Origin: a virus
Lineage: Duplodnaviria; Caudoviricetes
DNA: 64,000 bases
Direction: 5' to 3' (one strand)
Virus record (IMG/VR): IMGVR_UViG_3300031993_000019
The first letter of the stretch is position 1; each line of letters begins with the position of its first letter. Shown one piece after another: positions 30,421 to 41,000 of this stretch. A program made the position numbers and the translations under genes. The notes beneath the pieces are model-generated. The model was not told the origin of the DNA. It ran no database searches and saw nothing but the letters and a program-made list of their open reading frames with translations.

Positions 30421-30744
30421 TCATTTACCAAAATCGTTTTTGATTTCGGCAAGACCAAGTTCAATAATTTCTGCAAGACTATTGACACCACAAAGTCTCA
30501 GAGCAAATTTATAAAGAATTGGCGCCTTCTTAGCAAATGCAGCCTCAACGGAAGCAAGCTTTTCTTCGCCATGACCAGAGCCATAAAGGGCCTCAGCGTC
30601 CGCGATCAACCCCTTAAGGAACGACTTAACAAATACAACTCTCTCTTCTTTGGACATCTTCATAATCTTACCGATCATACAGATAGCGTATATCAGACGC
30701 ACAACAACAAGGCCGGCGATAATATAAAGATACAAATTTTCCAT
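30421..30744 (-). CDS. Holin (LL-H-like)
   Basis: Single N-terminal TM helix followed by LIADAEALYGSGHGEEKL. Confidence 0.65.
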   Translation of the reverse strand: MENLYLYIIAGLVVVRLIYAICMIGKIMKMSKEERVVFVKSFLKGLIADAEALYGSGHGEEKLASVEAAFAKKAPILYKFALRLCGVNSLAEIIELGLAEIKNDFGK

Positions 30745-30745
30745 A

Positions 30746-31432
30746 TTAATCCTCCAATATTTTTAAACCTAAAATACGATCTATTTCTGACTGTATTTCA
30801 AGATGTTTCTTTTCTGTCTTATATTTTTTCTGTTCAGACTCTAGGTCTTTAACCCTTTGTTCTATATCCGCATTCCATTTCTTATTTACAAGTGCAACGG
30901 CACACGCGGCGGCATCTGTAATATCATAATTGTCAAACTCCCCCAACGTAGAAGAAATTTTCTTTATGGCATTTGCAATATCCGCCTTTTCCGGTTTGTC
31001 CTTTTCAGTTAAAGACCTAAAATAAGATTTTACAGACCTAGAATGAATCCCGTCTGCATCATACACGTCTACCTCACTATGCGCGCATACTAGATCAAAA
31101 ATTGCATGCGCACCAGCAAGCCCTTGTAGTGCTGCAATGGTTGAAAATTTGCCAGCTTGATTTGGCAGCCTTTCCTTAATAACAAAGAATTGACTGCCAA
31201 ATTCAAGCCGTACCAAATCCATAACCGACTTCGACTTTTCATAAAAATCCGCCCACTCGTTTCCCTTTTCTGTCACAATGGTGCCATAAGACACAATGTT
31301 AAGATTAGAAAGATCGATAAGAGCCCATCCGGTTTGGTGTTTGGCTATATCAAACGCTAAAATATAGCGATAATCATGTATGGACTTATTGAATTTTACT
31401 ATATTCACACCTTTCACACTCCTTTTAAACAC
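30746..31432 (-). CDS. ruvC: RuvC-like Holliday junction resolvase
   Basis: ILAFDIAKHQTGWA, IKE, DITDAAACA. Confidence 0.8.
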   Translation of the reverse strand: MFKRSVKGVNIVKFNKSIHDYRYILAFDIAKHQTGWALIDLSNLNIVSYGTIVTEKGNEWADFYEKSKSVMDLVRLEFGSQFFVIKERLPNQAGKFSTIAALQGLAGAHAIFDLVCAHSEVDVYDADGIHSRSVKSYFRSLTEKDKPEKADIANAIKKISSTLGEFDNYDITDAAACAVALVNKKWNADIEQRVKDLESEQKKYKTEKKHLEIQSEIDRILGLKILED

Positions 31433-31438
31433 AACACA

Positions 31439-32047
31439 TTATTCATAAAACTTCTTCATTGCCTTTGTTCCGAAGTCTGTTGCCATGCCTTCCACCCAGA
31501 ACTCATCATAGTCCGTGTCAACCTTAGGTACCTCTGCCTGCATCCAAACGTTAAGCAGGCTGCAATAAACAAGCAAAGATGCCCCAACAATAGACAGCCA
31601 CGCTATATTATACATAGCGCCGAACCCCATAATGATTCCTCCTGCTGCTAAAAGCATACCATAAATCGACCATGTAAAAATACGTTTCTGTTTTTCTGTT
31701 TTAAACTCTCTAATCCAAAACCGAATAATGCTTGGGAATGTCGCAATAAAAAACGTAAATGGACCCAGAATGCACGCCTGAAGCTGGTGACCAAATTCAT
31801 GACACGACACATCGTAATCCTTATCCTTTGTCCCAATGAAGAAAAGCCCCATTTCGAAACCCCAATCTTCTCCAAGAGGTAAACAAATACATGGGCCGAA
31901 CCTATAAAACTTTTTCGTGGCGATCATCATGACAATACCAGCGAGACCACCGATAATAGTTGTCGGAAGCGCCCATGTAAAACTGCACAAATAAAAAAGA
32001 ATTAAAAATGCTATTTTATTGAGTTTTTTGTTTTTCACTATTAACAC
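31439..32047 (-). CDS. Membrane protein with an HExxH zincin motif
   Basis: Several hydrophobic helices, HEFGH, distal FWVEGMA. Confidence 0.7.
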   Translation of the reverse strand: MLIVKNKKLNKIAFLILFYLCSFTWALPTTIIGGLAGIVMMIATKKFYRFGPCICLPLGEDWGFEMGLFFIGTKDKDYDVSCHEFGHQLQACILGPFTFFIATFPSIIRFWIREFKTEKQKRIFTWSIYGMLLAAGGIIMGFGAMYNIAWLSIVGASLLVYCSLLNVWMQAEVPKVDTDYDEFWVEGMATDFGTKAMKKFYE

Positions 32048-32061
32048 CTCCTTTTGTCTAC

Positions 32062-32087
32062 GGCGAGACCGGTCGCCCGGCCCCGCC
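32062..32087 (-). terminator. Hairpin after the tape measure gene
   Basis: GGCGGGGCCGG-GCGA-CCGGTCTCGCC; no U tract. Confidence 0.45.
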
Positions 32088-32099
32088 TTCGACTATATG

Positions 32100-35000
32100 T
32101 TAGTGATTATTTTTTGTCAGAGAAATTTGACTCTTAACGCTGTTCCAGAATGCAGAAGCATCAAAGCCGGAATCTGTATTGAACGTTGCATTAAGCGTTC
32201 CAACGTGCATAGAGTTATCCTCAGACTTCTTTTCGTCTATTCTGTTGAATGATTTTCCGCTTAATTGTGTAATTAAATTAGGAGCAACTTCACCAAGCGA
32301 CCACAAATTCTTTGTAAGATCCGCCGGAAGAATACCAGACTTTGCCGGAAGAGATGTAATGGTGCCTTCTGGAGTAATAATGCCCTCAAGACCGCGTTCG
32401 TTGATAAGGGTGGGACCGCCAGAAAATGAAAGCGCTCCCGAAGCGTTTCTCAACAAACTATAATTAGTCACACCATCTAGTGTTGTCGGGGGAGACAGTT
32501 CCCGGTCTCCATTTTGAAGTCTTATCTCGTGCCATCCGTCTATGCCTTTATAATAACCATATTCGTTGCTTGTGTCTGTATTAACAAAAACATAACCGAC
32601 ATAATTTTCGTTTTCTAAATCATCAAACGTTTCAGCGTGTTGAAACTGATGAACGCCTCCACCTATGTCAACCTTTGATAACAACAACTGATCTGCTTTC
32701 CCTCTTTTTAGGTCAGACGGGACCTGGTCTTGTGAAGATTGAGAATAATACATCATAACGCCGGCGTCTCTTGCGCCCTGCGGATGAGACCACCCCTCAC
32801 CATCTGGTATATAAACCCTAAGCCATCTGTTCTGGTCCTTCAATTCATTAAAATATCTTCTCTTCTCATCATATCCTGAAACATCGTAGTTCTTTCCAAT
32901 TCCCATTTTATTATAATCTGTAAGCTTTGCAGAAGAAGTAGACAATTGGTCTAATTTATCGGAATACATTTGTTTTGCTGTACCATAATAAGGAGACTTG
33001 TTGTTCTGTAAAACACTCGCAACTGAAAGCCCTCCGAGAGCATCTTGGGCTTTATTTATCCAGCTATTTTCATCATCTCTATTAAGGTCTGATAAAATAG
33101 AAGTATAAACTGCCTCCTCGGCATCCGCCTCTTCTTGCGATACGCTTTGCGCATTTTCGCCCAAAGAATTAGTTACGCCTTCCTGGATCTTTTTGGCAAG
33201 CTCTTTCTTATTAAAAGATAAAATGCTTCCAAGTACAGACCCCTCTTTGCCCTCCATGAACTTTTCAATAAGCTTATATATGCTTTCAAGCTGCTCGTTA
33301 TTTTCAATGTTTGCCAAAATGTCTTTTTGCTGATTAAGCATATCAATCTGATATTGAATATCTCGTTGATCTCTCTCTCTTTCAAGCTTTTCAACATTTT
33401 CCTGAGCATCTTTAATAGCCTGCTGGTCAGAAGTATAAACAAAACCAACACCCTCTCTATACACTCTCTTCTTTTCCTTTTGTGCGTTCTCAAGGGCCTG
33501 TTTTGCCTTAATAAGCTCGAGTTCTTTTTCCCTCTGTTTATTAACATCCTCTAAAGACTCTTTTACAGATTCGAGATTGGAAATTTCATTTTGCAGAGCA
33601 TTTTCTTCCGCTTCAACGAGTATTTTTTGAATAACCTCCGCAATCTTAAAATCTCCAGTAAGTTCACCCGCGAGTTTTGCAAATGCGTTGAGCGCGTCCG
33701 TATTATTGAACATAATAGCGGAGGCTCCCAAAAAGTTTGAACTGCCTTGTATGCCGAGCCAGTCTTCTTCGCTTAGACCAAGCGCACCATATTCTTTCGG
33801 ATCTCTGTATTTCTCTATAAACGCTTCCCACGTCTTATCATTAGTCAGTGCCGCCTTAGCAACAAGTCCAATAGCACCCTCTATTGCGTCGCCAGTAAAG
33901 AAATCGATTAAGTTCTTCATGATATTTTCTGTGCCAAAAGAACCATCTTCGCCGTTCAAAAGCCAGCTATAGTTTTCAAGAATGCTATTCATTGTTTTGG
34001 CGCTAATTGTTGAAGAGTGTGAAATCTCGGTTAAAATATCCCCAAGACCACTAAACGACTCCACAAGACCGTCGACCCCGTTGGCAATAGTAGCGTCTGT
34101 TACCCATCCAAGCGACTTTTCCGCTTTTAACGCCTGCTCCGTAGTCATATTCAAGGCGTGCGCAATGCGTTCAATTCCAGCAGCATCAGCCTTATATAAT
34201 AAATCTATACCAGAATCTCCGTATTGTTCGCGCAATTCTGCATATCCACCAGCCTCATCCAACCTACTAATAGCGCCCTGAATACCGCCAGAATATCCGC
34301 CAAATAAACTTTCCGCTCTAGACCTTGCTCTAATTCTGCTCGACAGGGTTTGCGTATTATTTTTAAACAAAGAAGAGTATCTTTCATCGCCACGCAAATA
34401 ATCAATAATATCCTGTCGCGCGGACGCAGTTAATGTACCACCGAGAAAAACATTAGGATTATTCTTAGACCAGTCCTCTGCAACCTGTCTTATAACACGC
34501 TCAAGAGTGGCGTTATTAATCTGTACAGCAGACATTCTAGAAACACCAGATGTAATCGCAGATGCAGCCAAATATGATTTTTGTAACGAATCTTGATACT
34601 TTTCAAGATCAACCTCAATAGACGACAACTTCTGATTAAGCTCATTTAACTTGTCTTCGTCTCTCTCTTTTGCAATTTTAGAAAGTGTTTTTACAAGATC
34701 CTTTTCAAGATTAGAAATCTCAATCCTAGATGCGGCAAACGATTCTTCTGCCTCGCCGACAATCTGTGCCGCGCTCAATCTGGACATTTCTTCTGACGTA
34801 AGAGAAGCCACGTCTCCGGACGGTTTGTTATATTCTTCTCCGAATAATTTCTTATACGAATTTCTTAACGCTGAATTTGACTCAAACGCATTAATAATTG
34901 CCAAATATGCCTCTTGATTTCTTTTCCAGTCAGCAGAAGACCAAGAAGACGATCCAGCATCTACAGAATCCCTCAAGGAAGACACGGACGAAGAAACACC

Positions 35001-38000
35001 TTGTATTGCCTCAAGAGTCTCCTTGTGCTTTGCCACATCCCTAGACATCTCTATTTCGTCCCTGTGTCTTAACCACTTAAATAGTGAAGCGACGGGGTCT
35101 AAAAGAATTGGCCCAAGAGTGGCCCCAAGAGCTGTGCCGATACCGGGGGCTATCATTGTTCCAATTGCAGCGCCTATTCCGGCGCCCGCGGCCCCTGTAG
35201 CTCCGCTTATAACAGAATCTACACCGTTTTCAAATTCAGACGTACCAACAACTTCATCAATCTTATTTCCTATAATTCCACCACCAGCGGCCCCATAAGA
35301 CAGACCGCTCGAAACCATAGACCCAACGGTTATACCGGCTATCTGGCCTCTTGTATACGCAGTATCTTCTCCCTTGTGCTTACCATGAGCATATTTTACT
35401 TTTGTACCCCAGTAACCAGGGACGCTTTCAGAAGAAGACTCTCCGCGAAGTGCGGCTGTATTTCTATTTTCCGCGTTTGTATTATCAATAATGGCCTGTT
35501 TATGTGACGTCAAACGATTATTAATCAAAGTTCTTAAAAGAGGAATGGCAGAAATCAAAGCTGGCACCCATTTATCTGCGAGTTCAACGGTTGATGTCAA
35601 AGCCCAAAGCACACCCTTAATAACAGGACTTTGATCTATCTTTAACACAAGGCCCTCCCAAGCAGCTTGAAGTTCTTGTTTTTGGAACTCAATACTGTCT
35701 TTATATGCCTCATATTTTCTATTCGCCCTACCGGCAGAAGTCTCTTCGTCTTCCAGTGCTTTCTTATAGGTTTGATAAGAGTTAAGCAACGCAACAGTAG
35801 TATTACGTTGTCTCACGCCGCCAAGAGCGACTGCAATTGCATTCTGCTCTACCGTAGTGAGAGTTGTCCATTTTTCTGCAATATCATCAAGCACATCTGC
35901 AAAATCGCGCATCTCCATCTTTGACGTTCTGATCTGAATGCCGAGGGCACCTAAAACGCGTTCAACATCATTGATGTTTTCCGCATCCCCCTCTTCGGCT
36001 CCCTCAAGAACTGCAAAGGAACCAGCTTTAACATTACCATAACGAGAAAGCATTGTCTTTAATGCATTACCAACAGTACCGGCGTCTTGCTGGGTGGTGT
36101 CGATAATAGCCGTAATGGCAGCAGCCGTCTCGTCAAGGCTCATACCGGCGTTGTTCGCAACAGATGCAACACGAGTCAGGGCCGTTGCAATATCTCCGGC
36201 CGTTGTCGCGTATTTTGCATCAAGCGTTGTCAGCTTATCAACGATAGACATTGATTCAGTGGCAGAAAGATTAAAGCCTTTCATTGCCGCGGTCAACGAT
36301 TTAACAGCCGCGCCCTGATCCATAAAACCAAGCTTCGCAAGTTTAGTGCTTGCTTCTATAAGATTTTCAGTTTCTTGGATGTTGTATCCTTGACGCAGCC
36401 ATTCTGCCCCAACCTGTGAAATAGCGGCAGTCGTGACACCAAGCTCTTTTGCCAAGCCGTTATAAGCCTTCATCATGGAATTCGCTTCCTCTGCGTTTTT
36501 ACCAGTGATAATACGAAGATTCGTCATAGAAGCGTTAAGCTGTTCTGTAATTTGAACAACCTTTTTCATATCGCCAAAAAATTTAAGAATGAGCTTCGTT
36601 GTTACACCACCACGGAAAAGCATATTAAATGCAGTAGCCGGACCAGACGAAAGATCTTTTAACCACCACGCCCCAGAAAACATCTTGTTATCCTTTTGCT
36701 TTTCCTGTGCATCCCTTAAAATTTGTTCCTGAATACGCTTATCTCTATCTTCGCTATTTTGCGCCATTTTCTTTGCCATTTCTTGCGAAACGCCCTGGTC
36801 TACTTTTGTATAAGACCCATCTTGCATATAAAGAGCTCCGCCTTCTCCCTCGAGTTTTTCAAGCTCTTCTTCTGCTTTAAGATAAGCGTAAGAATCCTGT
36901 TCCCCGCGCATTGCAAGCCTTCCAAGAGTAGACTTTAACCGACTTCTCTTGTCTAACGCTTTCGCAAACGCAGAAAGCTGAGACCCTCCTTTTGTGCTAA
37001 AAATATCTATCGCTCTGCCGAGATCGGTACCAGGAGCAATAGACGCCCCCATAATTTCGCTTATGTCTGCAGAAGATATAAGAGACTGCCGTTGATCTTG
37101 TGAATACACAACTCCGGCAGCGGCGTCTGCGAGCGCACGTTCCACATTTTCATTAGAAAGAAGTCTAAACCGATACGCAGAAACCTTATCATTTGTCGGA
37201 TTGAATCTTGTAATTGTTCCGTTTTCAGAAATCTCTGCCGTCTTTAATATATTTGCAAAGTCTGTCGGCTTACCATTTTCATCGACAAGACCATATTTTT
37301 GTGCCGCGCCTAAGAAGTTTTCTCCCTGCAACTCTTTTTGAATTTGAGAAAGAGCGTATTTTCCGTAAGAAAGCTGCATTAATTGAGAAAAATCATCTCT
37401 TCCGGATTTATTTTTAGAGTCTCCGACGATCATTTGATTGGTTTTAGGATCGTAATAAACCTGATCTATAGTTCCCGCAAAATATCTATCAGCCAAAGCG
37501 GTTTTACCAAGTTGACCAACAGAGAATTCACGTGCAGCAACCTGATATCCAAGACTCTTACTTATTGCAGATTGAGCCAGCGTAGAATAAATTGACGCCT
37601 CACCAAAAGACCCGATATTCTCTGGACTATATCCAAACTTTTTAAGCCTATCTTCTGTTTGAGCCCATATCTTCTTGCCCTCTTCTGTATTTTGAAATCT
37701 TAAAAGATATTTCGACAAAACGTCTTTATTCAAAACATTATTACCGTTATTATCTTTTACAAACAAATCGTCCATGGAGACATCAAGCGCTTCTCCAAGA
37801 ATCTCCATTTCTTTATGTTGTAATGTCCCAAAAATAGAAGAAAGTGCGCTACTTCTTGCTCTTTCAAAATTATTAATATCGGATACAGTATAACCATGTT
37901 TGGCTATGTCTTCAACGGAAAACTTATCCCCGCTATACGCATCCAATAACTCCAAAAACTCGGAGCCTCCGCTGTGATAAGAAGAACCTGATAATATACT

Positions 38001-41000
38001 TCCAAGTTTAGAAGCGGTAATCGCATCTGGAAGAGCGATTCCATTTTCGTCAACATAATAATGTCCAGGATTTTCTCTCAGATCAGTAAATATAGGAGAA
38101 AAACCAGAAACAAATCTACCACCCTGATTGCCAGCCGCAGCCAAAACGGCAGACGCATAACTGTCTGGATTTCTCATTAATATTTCCCAATCTCTATCTG
38201 AAAAATTCCCTCCCTGTGTTGCTGCAATTTGTTCTGCCGCACTAACACCATACCTCTTGCCGTCTACCGTATACTCTGCCTCTCCATTCGCGATAGCTTT
38301 TTTCATCGCCTCAATGCGCTTTTGTATTGGTGTAGGAGCTGTTTGTTTTGTAGCACCATGTTCTCTTAACCATCTACCAATAGAATAATCGCTTGTAGAC
38401 ATGTCTCCTTCAAGCCTATTCGAAGAGACCAGGGCTTGGTGTAAAAATGTTCCCCTATTGCCTTTAGAAACACTCTTATCAATATAATCAGCAGCATACA
38501 TCAGCATTTCAAAAGGTATAGTGCCAATCGTATTTCTTGCACTTTGGCTCGCTTCGTCTGTGACCAGAAAATCATTCACGATCTGTTGTGCGGTCCTTGT
38601 ATCGTTTGCGCCAAATTCAGAAGATTTATACCGATCCGCATAACGCATGAGTTCTCTCTTAAAATCATTTCCTCCAGCCGCGCTCGCCTGCTGAGCCATT
38701 TGAATCAAAGCTTTATTCCCAACCGTATCTTTAAAAACCCCGATGTTTTTAAGTTCGCCAAAGTATTCACGAAGAGACATAGGATTGTTTTTATCCCACG
38801 CCTTTGCGGTAATATTTCGCAATTGAGAAATGGCTTCGGTTTGTTTTTGTGCGAATTCTTCCGGAGACAATTGACCATTTTCCTTATTAAGCTTGTTTAT
38901 GATATGCTTATATGAAATGGCGTCTTGCTCTACTGACTCAAACAGATATCTAACCATCTGTCCGATCGCAGAACTAGCGCCAACTCCTGTCATTTCAGAC
39001 ATAGACTTAGAATCTAAAAATCTTCTCGCCTCAGTAGCCTGAGAAGAAATAAGACCGATCTCTCCGCGGTTTGCTGCGCCAGCAAAAGACGCAGTTTCTA
39101 CGGTGGCGTGCGTAGGAAGCACGAGGTCTTCTCGCCAAATCTCCGCATCTTCTCCGCGAATTTCACGTACTCTTGCTATTGCCTCTGAAACCCTCTTGTG
39201 ATTTTCTTGTATCTTTCTAGCCGTTTTAATAAACGAACCAACACTCTTATCGTCCATTCCATTCATTCCAAGAAACGCAGAGACAAGAGCAAAGTGGTCT
39301 CGGTCGTAGTCCGTTCTATTGGAATCCGCAGCACCATATCCAATCTTCGCAGCCTCAGATCCGGTCATTGTGCTATCGACAAAAGCTCTTAAAAATCTAA
39401 CGTCCTGCCCTTGAATCGAAGGAAATCTTACGTCTTGAAGAAGAACGCCTTTTTCATTCACGCCGGAACCAAGAGTGACCGCCTTTAAAATGTCTTCTTT
39501 TATTTTTTTATTTGTCAGTCGTTTAGCTGGGCCCTTTCCAAAAACATCCCTATAAACAGCAGACAAATTAGCCCTGTCGTTACCTATAAGATCGCCCATC
39601 GCCTCTGGACTTAAAAACACAGCATCTTTAGCCCCAACAACATCTTGCCCCATTGCAATAGCAGTTGCTTCAAAAAATTTACCGCCGGGCATACGGGTGT
39701 GATAAGCCTGATCTATAATAGAAGAATCTTTATCGAAGGCATATCTTCTATATTCGGACATAAATCTGTTTACAGAATCTTGCGTTTTATTAAATTGTCT
39801 TTGGATCGCCTCTTGGTCATCCTTGGACTCTTCGACAACGCGATTATAGTCCGCCAAAGATCTTATAACAGAGTTCAAAGATTCATCAAAAGAAGAAAGC
39901 ATATATCCCAAAGAACCGCCTGCTTCTCCGCCAAGCCTATCAAATAGCTCCATTGCTTCTGTTTCTGGAGAAATATTAGGTACAATAATTTTTGAAGAAG
40001 AAAACTTGTTTCCGTACGAATCGTCGAACGAATATCCAAACGGGCCAAGATCCAAAAGTCCATAAGACGAACCACCCATAGAATCATAAAACTTTTTTAA
40101 ATTGCTTTCGTTATAAGATTCTTCTGTAACATATGGCCCGCGATAATCGAATCTGGAATCTCCGACTACACCAAAAACATCAAACGCTGGGACGCCTTTG
40201 TCGCCACCAGAAAAAGAAAGACCAAACGCGTTCTGATACGCATTTACCTTTTTCATAACAGCATCACGACGACCTGTATTGTAAATGTTTTCATAGTGTT
40301 GGACAAAATCTTCCGCATCCGGACCAGCCGCTCTCTTAATGGCCTCTATTTCTCTACGCCCATATTTAACACCGTTCAACCAACGATAATCATATGCCGC
40401 ATTAAGCCCTTCTTGAATCGTAAAGTTTTCACTAGGAAAATATTGCCTAATATTACCGAGGATCTTCTTCTGATCTTCCTTGTCAAGATCGATATTTTGC
40501 CCCAAAAACCTTGCAACAATCTCATTGTCTTTAATATCAAACATGTCTGCATATTTTGTTCCGGCAAAAATTTGACCTATTTGACGCTTTACGTCTTCCT
40601 TGTCTGACTTTGGATCTAAATATATATCTGTTAATCTACTAATTAAAAGACCGCCAAGATCGTTTGCGCTCATTTGTTCAATTCCGCGAAGAACGTCAAC
40701 ACCGCTGAACATATCGTTAAAAAATTTTTCTGGTAAATAAGAAGATTCGCTTCGATAGCCAGTATATCTACCAAGCGTTTTAGGGTTTGACCATCTGACT
40801 CTTTCGGAGAAATTTGCCTCAAAACCAGATTCTGTTTTAAAAACATTTGGAGAAAGAATATCCCAGGGTTCTATACCCATCAAATACCCTATAACAGCTT
40901 TATGTTTCTCCTCGTCAGTAGAATTTGCTTTAATTTTTCCAGAAGAAACGAGTTTTCTTTGTGCTCTATTATACTCTTCAAAGCCAAATGCCTTATGCCT

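Noticed and set aside
30421-30744. Complete lysis cassette
   Set aside because: A holin-like gene is present but I recognise no endolysin in the window.
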